Below are positions 47,972-56,720 of a DNA stretch of 64,000 nucleotides, one piece after another. How positions within the stretch are numbered: the first letter of the stretch is position 1; every line of letters starts with the position of its first letter. The stretch lies in the NCBI GenBank assembly GCA_963691875.1, contig OY829846.1, positions 128,001 through 192,000 on the forward strand, written 5' to 3'. The notes under the pieces are model-generated. The model had not been told where the DNA came from and searched no databases. It was given only the letters and a program-made list of their open reading frames with translations. The position numbers and the translations under genes are program-made. This DNA is from Aureliella sp. (GTDB lineage: Bacteria; Planctomycetota; Planctomycetia; Pirellulales; Pirellulaceae).

Positions 47972-48648
47972 TTCAGTACTTGGACGGAAAACCGTTGGGA
48001 CTAGCGAGACTGAGTTTCGATGGAGAGATCGTGGACTGCACTCATGAGTTTGCAGAGAAGCTACGCACAGACAAAGTTGGTGCGATTGGGCTGAACATCG
48101 CACAAGACCTTACACTCAAAGCTGACAGAGCAGACACTAAAAAAAGATTCGAGAATCTCAGGTCAACTGGGGGCTACATCCACACGTCGAAAGAACTCCG
48201 ACGAAACGACGGTAGTACAGGGCACTTCGATATCCTCGCCGTCGCGCTTGGCAGCGAGTACATCCTTGACGTGATTTCGGACACAGGACGAGGCGAGATA
48301 GCAAGCCTCGAAGAAAAGCTGTCAGTAGCGATGCAGGAGAACGTTACGCTGCTTTCGATGGTTGAGACACTCCAAGACCTATTTAGGCAATCAACCCCTG
48401 GAAGGGACATTTCCGTGAACGTAAAAACGCAGACTGGTGGAACCAACATCGAAGGTAGCGGAAACCAGGTAACGCAGACAACAAATCAGGCTCGTGTCAT
48501 GCTTGGGGTTGCTACGGTGCTTCTGGGGATTGCTGGCGCAGTAGCCTATTTCGCGTACACCGTGCAAGGCAACCCCGACTTGGAACCACCCGATATTAAC
48601 CCAGCATCTGTCACGCCTGCAGATGGAAGTGAGGATGGAAATCTCTAA
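47920..48648 (+). CDS. PAS-domain protein with coiled coil and C-terminal TM helix
   Basis: LSFDGEIVDCTHEF...IGLNI..DLT..D...KELRRNDGS pattern of PAS/PAC. Confidence 0.7.
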   Translation: MVPRNDSEAAELFWKLLVQYLDGKPLGLARLSFDGEIVDCTHEFAEKLRTDKVGAIGLNIAQDLTLKADRADTKKRFENLRSTGGYIHTSKELRRNDGSTGHFDILAVALGSEYILDVISDTGRGEIASLEEKLSVAMQENVTLLSMVETLQDLFRQSTPGRDISVNVKTQTGGTNIEGSGNQVTQTTNQARVMLGVATVLLGIAGAVAYFAYTVQGNPDLEPPDINPASVTPADGSEDGNL

Positions 48649-49811
48649 TGGTCTGGAGATCCCCCAAGCGAGACTGTGATTGTTGCAGTGACGACGTCTG
48701 TGAGGGGAAGAATGTCACTGCGTTCTGCTACATAGATGGCGACGGCAACCTAGCTTGGGAAACTAGCTACGCTACGTCGGCTACCATCACCGCTGGTCTT
48801 GGGACTGTATACAACCTGCCTGTCACTGGTGCAGCCAGCGAATCGGGTGCGTTGAACACCTATGATACGAACGATACGCATACAATCGAAGCGATCGGTA
48901 TTTGCGGTAGTAATTCCCGAACCTGTGTCCCGTGTGAAACAGTATCGTGCGGAAGCTGCAATTTCATTAACGTCAATCAGACCACACAGCAGCTCGAATT
49001 CACTTGGTGTGCGACATCGACGTACGTACCAGCTGGTCTTCCAGAAGAAACGAATTTTATCGAGTCAGTCATCGTCAATGGTGAAGAGCAATTGACTGAA
49101 CCCGTTTGGCCTGTTGACTCACGCCCTTACGGAAGGGTTCAACCCACAGGAACTACCTACTACGCGAGGACTTGTGACACTGCGTCTATCGTTGTCACAG
49201 TTACAAGCGTCTGCAACGAAACAGACACTTGCACCACAGAGCTGCTCTGCTGCTACCGGAGTGGTCGAATCGTTGGAGAGTTCGCAGGGTTCGCTCCAAC
49301 TATTACTAACACTTGCACTCGTCAACCCGTTTGGGACACAGTTGATTGGACTTTTGACGTAACGCTTGGTGGTCTCGATGGGTTAAATGGAACCTACATC
49401 GACGACAATGAAACGAGCAACTTTGGTTGCCTAGTGATGCCTCCAACGATCGAGTTCTTTGCAGGGCTGGGGGGCACAATTACGATTGCGGGAACATCAA
49501 ACGGGGCAAGCACGTTCGGCGACTACACAGTCGTTTTCAACGGTACGTTCGACTTCGTATGGAACCTAGGGCGTCTCACGCTAACATTTACTTACACCTC
49601 GTATGTATGGACTCAGACTGTCAACGGTCAAACAATTTCATCGACAATTGATCAAGCTGGTGGTTTTTGGTGTGGGTTCCTCGACCCAGCACTGCCGACG
49701 TGTTGTGAAGATCTCCCCGCAACATTTGAAGATTTCGCTGTTGGGGCTAGTCCATCTGAATGCTCGACACTCTCCAACGCAGGACAGTTTCGACGGTACT
49801 ACTTGGATTGA
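48648..49811 (+). CDS. Cys-rich (22 Cys), Thr-rich putative virion protein
   Basis: CDCC start; beta-rich composition; no signal peptide. Confidence 0.75.
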   Translation: MVWRSPKRDCDCCSDDVCEGKNVTAFCYIDGDGNLAWETSYATSATITAGLGTVYNLPVTGAASESGALNTYDTNDTHTIEAIGICGSNSRTCVPCETVSCGSCNFINVNQTTQQLEFTWCATSTYVPAGLPEETNFIESVIVNGEEQLTEPVWPVDSRPYGRVQPTGTTYYARTCDTASIVVTVTSVCNETDTCTTELLCCYRSGRIVGEFAGFAPTITNTCTRQPVWDTVDWTFDVTLGGLDGLNGTYIDDNETSNFGCLVMPPTIEFFAGLGGTITIAGTSNGASTFGDYTVVFNGTFDFVWNLGRLTLTFTYTSYVWTQTVNGQTISSTIDQAGGFWCGFLDPALPTCCEDLPATFEDFAVGASPSECSTLSNAGQFRRYYLD

Positions 49812-49814
49812 TCT

Positions 49815-50135
49815 ATGACTGCAACAACACTGACGACGACTAAGAGATTCGTCATATTCTACTCAGGCACAGACTTGCACCAAATCGTTGCAAACACTGT
49901 GGGCTCAACAATCGACTACGACGACTCTTGGTCCTACCAAGAAGAAAGCACAACTGCGGATGTCGATACTTGGCTTTCGTCGCAAAGTTTAACGGGGAAC
50001 TCTGACGAGGTGCTGCGGAATATGCTTGATGACTTCGGATATTCAATCCTCAGTGATCCGAACTCCGCGCTGGTGCTAAACACTGAAAAGGCAGCACTGA
50101 AAAGCGACCTTGATGAAACCGGAGGAGAGGAATAG
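49815..50135 (+). CDS. Acidic hypothetical protein
   Basis: 106-aa ORF coupled to the next gene. Confidence 0.65.
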   Translation: MTATTLTTTKRFVIFYSGTDLHQIVANTVGSTIDYDDSWSYQEESTTADVDTWLSSQSLTGNSDEVLRNMLDDFGYSILSDPNSALVLNTEKAALKSDLDETGGEE

Positions 50136-50572
50136 TGAGCACAGCAATACAGTGTTCTTGCGGACTGTTGGTTCCTGCATATGTGACTCTTCCTCTGCAC
50201 TGCTCTTGCGGAGCAAGAATAACAAAACCGTCCCTTGTCGAGGTCGACGATGCGAGATTTTCGACGATCGACTTTACTCGACGGATCGGAGCAGGCAGTC
50301 GACCACATTCTGAAAGATCGCCCAAAAAGTGGGGACCAGAGAAATGGGAGCAACTGCACCGGAAAGTCAGAACGCTTCAAGACTTTCGTGATTGGGCAGC
50401 ATCCATCCCATGCGGCGATTGCAGTCGTAAAGTCTCCATCTACGTATCTAAGAATCCTTTTCAAGAGCACAATCCTTGGTGGGGCTACCGTTTCCATAAC
50501 TTCGTAAACCAGCAGCTCAGCACCCCTAATTATTCAGAGGATGAGGCAAAGGCGAAATACGGCTGGAATTAG
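50135..50572 (+). CDS. Erv1/Alr-family FAD-dependent sulfhydryl oxidase
   Basis: WGPEKWEQLH, IPCGDC, WGYRFHNFVNQQL..P, EAKAKY; two N-terminal CSCG motifs. Confidence 0.82.
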   Translation: MSTAIQCSCGLLVPAYVTLPLHCSCGARITKPSLVEVDDARFSTIDFTRRIGAGSRPHSERSPKKWGPEKWEQLHRKVRTLQDFRDWAASIPCGDCSRKVSIYVSKNPFQEHNPWWGYRFHNFVNQQLSTPNYSEDEAKAKYGWN

Positions 50573-50646
50573 GCGTTTTTTGCTCGTGGAGGTTTGTGGT
50601 AAACTTCCCGCGTAAGAGAATCCTGCCAAAAGCACAAAACAGATTG

Positions 50647-51324
50647 ATGAAACTGCTCACATTAGCCCTGATTCTGTTCGCACCCGTAATAGCATGTGCG
50701 CAGGTGAATCCGTGCGACTACGGTGCAATTCCGAACGATGGCTTGGACGACTCGGCTGCGTTTTTGGCTGCTTACAAGGCGGCGATGGAGACCCAGCGGG
50801 ACGTGCGTGTTCCAGCTGGTGTGTTCGAGCTCAATCCGTTGGTTTGCTACGTGTATGCACAGCTGAATGTCATTGGGGAAGGTCGCGACAAGACGAAGTT
50901 CCTGAGATTGGTCAATCGCAGTTGGACTCAGCGATTCCGATGTGGCAAGGGGGCTGGGCTACGAATTGAGGGTATTGCATTAGACGGAAACGCAACGAAC
51001 TTGGATCGGGTTGATGGTGACGATCAACACCACGAAATCCGCATCGATCAACTTGGCAATACTAAGATGCACTTGGTCACGCTGCAATCAGTCGGCGTCC
51101 ACGACTTAGTTGCCGGTGACGTTGGGATTAACGTCAGCGCCCGATTCGGCCCGATGGCTTCTTTGAAGGAGTCAGGAAACACCTGGGCGAAGACTTCTCT
51201 CGCGCTGAAGCAAGTCACCACTGGGCATCCCTTCGAATTGAACATTGAACCTGAAACCCTAAAGCGTCTTACCGGAAAAGGCGACTACTACCCGATCGAG
51301 ACTTCCACGCAGAGTAGAGAGTAG
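50647..51324 (+). CDS. Secreted pectate-lyase-like (beta-helix N-terminal cap) protein
   Basis: Signal MKLLTLALILFAPVIACAQ; NPCDYGAIPNDGLDDSAAF...VPAGVF...IGEG. Confidence 0.75.
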   Translation: MKLLTLALILFAPVIACAQVNPCDYGAIPNDGLDDSAAFLAAYKAAMETQRDVRVPAGVFELNPLVCYVYAQLNVIGEGRDKTKFLRLVNRSWTQRFRCGKGAGLRIEGIALDGNATNLDRVDGDDQHHEIRIDQLGNTKMHLVTLQSVGVHDLVAGDVGINVSARFGPMASLKESGNTWAKTSLALKQVTTGHPFELNIEPETLKRLTGKGDYYPIETSTQSRE

Positions 51325-51328
51325 CAAT

Positions 51329-51970
51329 ATGAGTCTTGACTATCTAAAGAACATCAAGCCACTCGAAGATGCTGGCGTTTCAAGTGACGCAGCTATTGCT
51401 GAAGCTCTTGTGAACTCGCGGCTTACGCACCGCGATATTCCGGTTACCGCTGCGGGTGACAAGCAGGGCGCATCAGTATTGTTTTTACTCACCGCTCAGT
51501 TCCCCGTTATGTCGATGGGAAGCGATCAAACATGGGTTGGCCCGTTGGTAGACCTGCGTTCAACGAAGAGCGAAGTGGACGATGCGATGGGGGTTCTAAT
51601 GCCCTATTTGCAGGTACAGGGCTCGAAAGTGTCGTCCAGCACGATGCCCCTATCCGCCAAAGCCTTGTATGCCATCACGGAAGCAGTGAAGGGCATCGTT
51701 CCGAATCTGCCCCCCGAGCTCAATCTGGCACCCGAGCAGGTTGATGCTGCGGTCGATGCGATCACTGGGGGGCGACTCTTCGACAGCATCACGGCCGCCG
51801 ACGTCGTCGCGGCCCGCGATGAACACGACGATGCGACGTTGAAAGACGATGCCGTCAACAAAGTGTTTGCTTGGAACAACGGGGCAATCGCGGCTGCGGA
51901 GGCGGCTAGGGAATCCGGTAAGACCCCCGCCGAAATCGAGCAAGCAGCACGCGACGTCTGGGGGATCTAA
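51329..51970 (+). CDS. Hypothetical late protein
   Basis: 213-aa ORF in the late operon. Confidence 0.7.
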   Translation: MSLDYLKNIKPLEDAGVSSDAAIAEALVNSRLTHRDIPVTAAGDKQGASVLFLLTAQFPVMSMGSDQTWVGPLVDLRSTKSEVDDAMGVLMPYLQVQGSKVSSSTMPLSAKALYAITEAVKGIVPNLPPELNLAPEQVDAAVDAITGGRLFDSITAADVVAARDEHDDATLKDDAVNKVFAWNNGAIAAAEAARESGKTPAEIEQAARDVWGI

Positions 51971-52639
51971 GTGGGTATCCGGCAAATTCTGGAAATGACC
52001 AACCCTGGCTATGGGGACGTTCAAACTGGAGTTGTTTCCGTTGTGACCGGCGACACGATTGTAATTGTGTCGCTAAACACCTCAAGCTCGCTGCTTGAAA
52101 GTGCGACTGACACTGAGGGCAATACCTACACAATCGACCACGAAACAGACGCTACCGGGCGGGGGCGAGCATTCATCTCAGCCATCGCTATAAGCACTGC
52201 CACGACGACGATCACGCTTACTCAAGCACAAAGAAAGTCATCAAAACAAGCCGTCATATTTGTCGTCGACCAGTCGTGTACCTACGTCGATTTTGACGAA
52301 CAAACCGACACAACAGTGACCAGCTCTCACACTAGCGGAAGTCTAGCCGCGCTGGCTGGGGATTGCGTATTTGCGGCGAACGGATTCGGTAATGCGACGT
52401 GCTCCAAGGGGCCAACCTGGGATAGCCAGTTCCCGGACCCGCCAGCGTATGGACGGATGATCGAATACAAAGAGTCCTCTGGAGGGACTGAAGTAGGTGA
52501 CTTCACGTCGTCGCCTAGCCGTAGTGGCAAAAAGAATTTCATGGCTGTCTATCGTCCGGTGGGTGGAGGCGGGCCGACTGCAAACGCGCTGCTTGCGAGA
52601 AAAAAACGAGCAGCGGGCAAGGAGGTTTTGGCGCTATGA
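51971..52639 (+). CDS. Putative tail fibre/adhesin domain protein
   Basis: Ser/Thr-rich beta protein with GDTIVIV and TDTEGNTYT motifs. Confidence 0.6.
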   Translation: MGIRQILEMTNPGYGDVQTGVVSVVTGDTIVIVSLNTSSSLLESATDTEGNTYTIDHETDATGRGRAFISAIAISTATTTITLTQAQRKSSKQAVIFVVDQSCTYVDFDEQTDTTVTSSHTSGSLAALAGDCVFAANGFGNATCSKGPTWDSQFPDPPAYGRMIEYKESSGGTEVGDFTSSPSRSGKKNFMAVYRPVGGGGPTANALLARKKRAAGKEVLAL

Positions 52640-55488
52640 CAATACAAGCTGGCTCAACAGATCAGTACGCAACCGTGCAGATCATGAACACGGATGGTAC
52701 GGCAAAGACCGACGTGACTAGTGCAACATCGGGGCTGAGTATCAAGTATCAGCTCGACAACGGCACGGTAGTGACGCTCACTCCCGTTGCGATGAGTGCT
52801 GGAGGTGCCCACGCCGATGGCGGCATTTATCACGTTGATGGAGGTCGCTACAAAATCGGCTTACCCGACGCCGCAGTTAGTTCAGTCGGAAAGCTTTGTG
52901 TCTGGACAACGTTGACCGATACGGAGTTTGTTGAAGATGAGATTGCGGTTGTAGCTTACGATCCGGCAACAGCGAATCTCGGACTGAACAATGTCAGCCC
53001 TTCGGATGTGCAGAACTCATGCAACGCAGCGATGGTCGCTCTGTACTTGGACCGACTCTTTGCAGTGAATTATGCCCCAGAGAGCAAGCCGGGTGCTCCG
53101 ACTGCCTTGCTCAACGAGTTGATCGTCAATGAAGGCGGGGTGAGTATTTTCTCAAAGGTTCAGACGGTAGACGATCTGACTAACGCCAACGACCTGGATG
53201 AATCCCAGACTACAGCCGCATGCGCGGCAGCAATCACCGCCGAGAATGTTGCATCCACTGGCGATGCGATGACCTTGACCGCAGGCGAAAGAACAAGCCT
53301 CGCAGCAGCCCTGGAAGCTGCGGTCATCAACGAGCTGGATGGAACTGCGGTAATGCAGGCCATTGCGGATTTGATTGCCAGCGACATGACGACCGGGGAC
53401 TTGTCCGTGCAAGCAATTGCTGCTGCCACTCGCGATTTGATTCTTGATCGTGTCCTGGCAGGAAACCACGACACGGCAGGAACCGTCGGCAAGCAGTTGC
53501 AAGATCTACCGCTGCTGACATGGCAACAGAGTATTGCAGGAATCACTGGGGGCACTCAAGCTGGAGCTATCCTAGACACTCTGAAAACAGATCTTGAGAA
53601 CCTTGACGTAGAAGATTCGTGCTTAGCGGCTATCCAGTCCGAAGGGGTGCTAACAACTGGGAGTACCGTATCCGCGAACATGATCCAGATCAACGGTCAT
53701 TCTATCGCTGGAACCGGTAACCAAGTTGCTGATGGTTTTGAGTTCCTGTTCAATGTAGCTATTCCGACTAAGACAATGGAGGATATCGGAACAGGCGTAG
53801 GAGGTAGCGGAGACTGGACGGCGACAGAAAAGAATCAGATCCGCCATCGGCTTGGTGTTGACGGTACAACTGCCACGCCAGCGACGAATACGCCGAATCT
53901 CGACATCCCAGCGAATCTGGGTGCTATTGTTGCCGACTGGACGGACGGAGGTCGCCTAGACTTGATTCTCGATGCGACAGCGACGAATACGGATGACATT
54001 CTTTCTGACTTGGATAATAAGCCAACCGCTCAGGAGACTCTCACAAGTTTCAAAGCAGACGCAACATTCGTCAGTCTGTTCAGCGATGCATCCAACGCTG
54101 CAACGTCGTCTGCTGCAAACACTACCGCGCTAGCTGCTGTTCAGGCTTCGATCGATGGGCTCACAACAGGCATCACTTCGCGAATTCGAGTCGCGACAGC
54201 GGCACAGTACGAGCACCCCGAGTCAGGAACAGTGGAATACAAGGTCGTCTTGCTCTGCGTCAATGAATCGGGAGTCGCTGTTGCTCCTGACTCGGCGCCG
54301 ACATTGACAGCCGTGAACCCCTCCGGCACAGACCGCAGCGGAAACCTTTCTGCTCTGACCAATCCGTCTGTTGGTAGGTACGAGTCGATCTACACCGTGA
54401 CCAACGGAGACGCGCTGGAACAGCTGATAATGACTGCGTCTGCGACGATTAGCGCGCAAACCTATTCAGCCGTAGTGAATCCAACCGTGACAGACGCGGT
54501 AGCAACCGACTTCACGGCGACCGACAGAAACACGCTCAACAGTCTTGTTTCAGACATCTGGAGCAATGGCACTCGCTCGCTCACCGACCCAGTTGCCGCG
54601 AACCTGACACAGATTCTAGGATCAGCGATTCCAGCTGAGTCTGCAGCTGGTCGAATGGCAACTGCTATTCAGACGCTGCTTGATGTTGTCGCGCCGTTCG
54701 CCATGACGGATCTAGCTCGGCAAGGCGCCGATGGTGACACGCTCAAGACTCTATCTGATCAGCTGGACGCCGTTACTACGGGTACTAGCCCAACTCAGTT
54801 GCTCGATACCACGATTGGAACCGTCACATCACAAACCGTTCTGATCCTCAATGCCGGAGCTCCTGACGACGACGTCTACAACGGAGCTCTAGCAATTGTC
54901 ACCGATCAAGCGGATGCAAGCCAGAAAGCTTTCGCGACCGTCACTGACTACGACAGTGCGACGAACACAATCACGCTTGCCGCCGCGCCTGGATTCACGG
55001 TCGCCGCAGGTGACAATGTGAAGATCGTTGCCGGTGCAACTGGTGAAGGTGGCAGCTGTGACGAGAATGCAATCGCTACAGAAATTGCGAGCCAGCTCGC
55101 CAGCGTCCCGATTAAGCTTCTTAGTCCTTACAGTACGAACTCTAAACGCCTCGAATTGGTACAGGACGCCGACTACCAAAGCACTGGAGCGAGCCAATCG
55201 ATCGACTTTGAAATCACGCAACCTGGAATCATCGCCGGGGACGCTGCTTACTTCGGAGCGAAACTTGCTACGAACAACAGCACGATCGGGCCAATCACTG
55301 GAACGGTCATCGACGATGCAGGCACCCTACAGGTTCGCATAGAGATACCTGATACCGAGCTCGCAGGTAAAACACCAAGCGAGAATTGGCTTTTCACTGT
55401 GGTGCATCGCAAGGACGGCATCACGACACCCCTGATAGCTTCGTCTCCAATGACACTAAAAGAGAATCAGGTAGGGATGATCCTCTGA
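52636..55488 (+). CDS. Large acidic Ala/Thr-rich virion (tail fibre-like) protein
   Basis: 950 aa; DWTDGGRLDLILD and DDDVYNG segments; last gene of the late operon. Confidence 0.7.
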   Translation: MTIQAGSTDQYATVQIMNTDGTAKTDVTSATSGLSIKYQLDNGTVVTLTPVAMSAGGAHADGGIYHVDGGRYKIGLPDAAVSSVGKLCVWTTLTDTEFVEDEIAVVAYDPATANLGLNNVSPSDVQNSCNAAMVALYLDRLFAVNYAPESKPGAPTALLNELIVNEGGVSIFSKVQTVDDLTNANDLDESQTTAACAAAITAENVASTGDAMTLTAGERTSLAAALEAAVINELDGTAVMQAIADLIASDMTTGDLSVQAIAAATRDLILDRVLAGNHDTAGTVGKQLQDLPLLTWQQSIAGITGGTQAGAILDTLKTDLENLDVEDSCLAAIQSEGVLTTGSTVSANMIQINGHSIAGTGNQVADGFEFLFNVAIPTKTMEDIGTGVGGSGDWTATEKNQIRHRLGVDGTTATPATNTPNLDIPANLGAIVADWTDGGRLDLILDATATNTDDILSDLDNKPTAQETLTSFKADATFVSLFSDASNAATSSAANTTALAAVQASIDGLTTGITSRIRVATAAQYEHPESGTVEYKVVLLCVNESGVAVAPDSAPTLTAVNPSGTDRSGNLSALTNPSVGRYESIYTVTNGDALEQLIMTASATISAQTYSAVVNPTVTDAVATDFTATDRNTLNSLVSDIWSNGTRSLTDPVAANLTQILGSAIPAESAAGRMATAIQTLLDVVAPFAMTDLARQGADGDTLKTLSDQLDAVTTGTSPTQLLDTTIGTVTSQTVLILNAGAPDDDVYNGALAIVTDQADASQKAFATVTDYDSATNTITLAAAPGFTVAAGDNVKIVAGATGEGGSCDENAIATEIASQLASVPIKLLSPYSTNSKRLELVQDADYQSTGASQSIDFEITQPGIIAGDAAYFGAKLATNNSTIGPITGTVIDDAGTLQVRIEIPDTELAGKTPSENWLFTVVHRKDGITTPLIASSPMTLKENQVGMIL

Positions 55489-55544
55489 GAACACTCAGTT
55501 GTCTTAACAAAGGGCTGAGGATAGCTGCTAGGGCAGTGCAGCGG

Positions 55545-55578
55545 GGCCGGAAGAGCTTGTCTCCTCCGGTCTTTTTTT
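55545..55578 (+). terminator. Intrinsic terminator closing the late operon
   Basis: ggccggaagag-cttgt-ctcctccggtc followed by a T-run. Confidence 0.65.
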
Positions 55579-56245
55579 AGTTCTTCGGTTTCTTTCCTCT
55601 GTTGCTGATGATTTTACGAAGTCTATCTGCGTCTTCATTGGCGAAATCCCGCAGAGCGACGAACAGTTTTTTGCCGTCAGGTTTCAATAGTTGGACTTTG
55701 CCGCCGCCGTAACGAACGAACTTCGCCTGCACTTTCGAGCCAGTTTTTGAAGTCCAGGTCGGGTAGTCGTGATCCGTCTGTTCCTTCGCCGTCAGCAGCC
55801 GGAATGTGAACACCGTGTTGGAGCTCGTGGACGTTTTGTAAGTCTTTGTCTCGCCGATTCTAACAAGCCCTCGAACCACCACATCTTCGCCATCGGACAA
55901 CTTATCTGCAGGATACTCTTGCAGCCAAAGAAGCTTATCTCCGAAGCTGATCAGAGCTTCCGTCTTACCGAGAACCTGGAGGACTTTGCCGTTGTCAAAA
56001 GCCAATCGACCCACATCTCCTTCGTTCAGCGAGTTCAGGTTCAAGGACTTCAGTTCGTGTCTTGAGTCCCACTCCGGCAGAACTTGGTCATTCTGAATCC
56101 TTCGAGCCCGAGCCAGTCTCGCCTTTTCTTCTTCGAGTTTCAGACGCCATTTCGCTGCCTCGGCTAGAGGGTCAGTCTGAGCGAGACCAACTACCGGATA
56201 AACTAACAGCACAGTAACTAGACTCGCTGCTAAACACCTACGCAT
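55577..56245 (-). CDS. Secreted SHD1-domain protein
   Basis: Signal peptide; C-terminal TWTSKTG..VQAKFV....KVQLLKPDGK...V....F...D. Confidence 0.75.
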   Translation of the reverse strand: MRRCLAASLVTVLLVYPVVGLAQTDPLAEAAKWRLKLEEEKARLARARRIQNDQVLPEWDSRHELKSLNLNSLNEGDVGRLAFDNGKVLQVLGKTEALISFGDKLLWLQEYPADKLSDGEDVVVRGLVRIGETKTYKTSTSSNTVFTFRLLTAKEQTDHDYPTWTSKTGSKVQAKFVRYGGGKVQLLKPDGKKLFVALRDFANEDADRLRKIISNRGKKPKN

Positions 56246-56364
56246 TCTTACCTTCTCCCCGGAACCAAATGAACTGGAGGACCAGTCTTACATAAGGGCT
56301 AGCAGCTGTCAAAAACCAGGCGCCAGCTCTGATCCACATCCTCGTTCAAAAGTGTCTAGGATCG

Positions 56365-56397
56365 GGTCCTAAACCGGTCCTAAACCGGTCCTAAACC
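56365..56397. repeat. Three tandem 11-bp direct repeats (integrase arm-site-like)
   Basis: GGTCCTAAACC x3. Confidence 0.8.
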
Positions 56398-56438
56398 CCC
56401 GCTAGAACACCCCAAAAGCCGCAAAAAACCAACAGGCG

Positions 56439-56467
56439 TTGTCCGTGAGAAGCACCGAGAATATAAT
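56439..56467 (+). promoter_or_regulatory. Sigma70 promoter for tRNA-Pro
   Basis: TTGTCC-N17-TATAAT about 80 nt upstream of the tRNA. Confidence 0.65.
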
Positions 56468-56548
56468 GGGCAAAACGGCAACGAGAGAACAGAAAACCCT
56501 TGTTTTTGTTGGTGTTTTTGACACTGAGAGGCGAATCAATTCGCCCAT

Positions 56549-56623
56549 CGGGCTATAGCGCAGCCTGGCTAGCGCGCTACCTTGGGGTGGTAGAGGTCGT
56601 GGGTTCAAATCCCGCTAGCCCGA
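56549..56623 (+). tRNA. tRNA-Pro(GGG), CCA not encoded
   Basis: Acceptor stem CGGGCTA/TAGCCCG; anticodon arm CTACC-TTGGGGT-GGTAG; GGTTCAAATCC T-arm. Confidence 0.96.
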
Positions 56624-56631
56624 CTTTACAT

Positions 56632-56668
56632 AAACCCTGCAATTCCTTGTGTTTCGCAGGGTTTTTTC
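56632..56668 (+). terminator. Hairpin/terminator after the tRNA
   Basis: aaaccctgc...gcagggttt followed by a T-run. Confidence 0.55.
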
Positions 56669-56720
56669 GTATCGTGGAGTTTCTGGCTTAAGGGGTACCA
56701 CCCTTTTCGGGAATGTCTCA

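Noticed and set aside
48648..55488. Diversity-generating retroelement or invertible tail-fibre cassette
   Set aside because: No reverse transcriptase or invertase in the window, and no template/variable repeat pair seen by eye.
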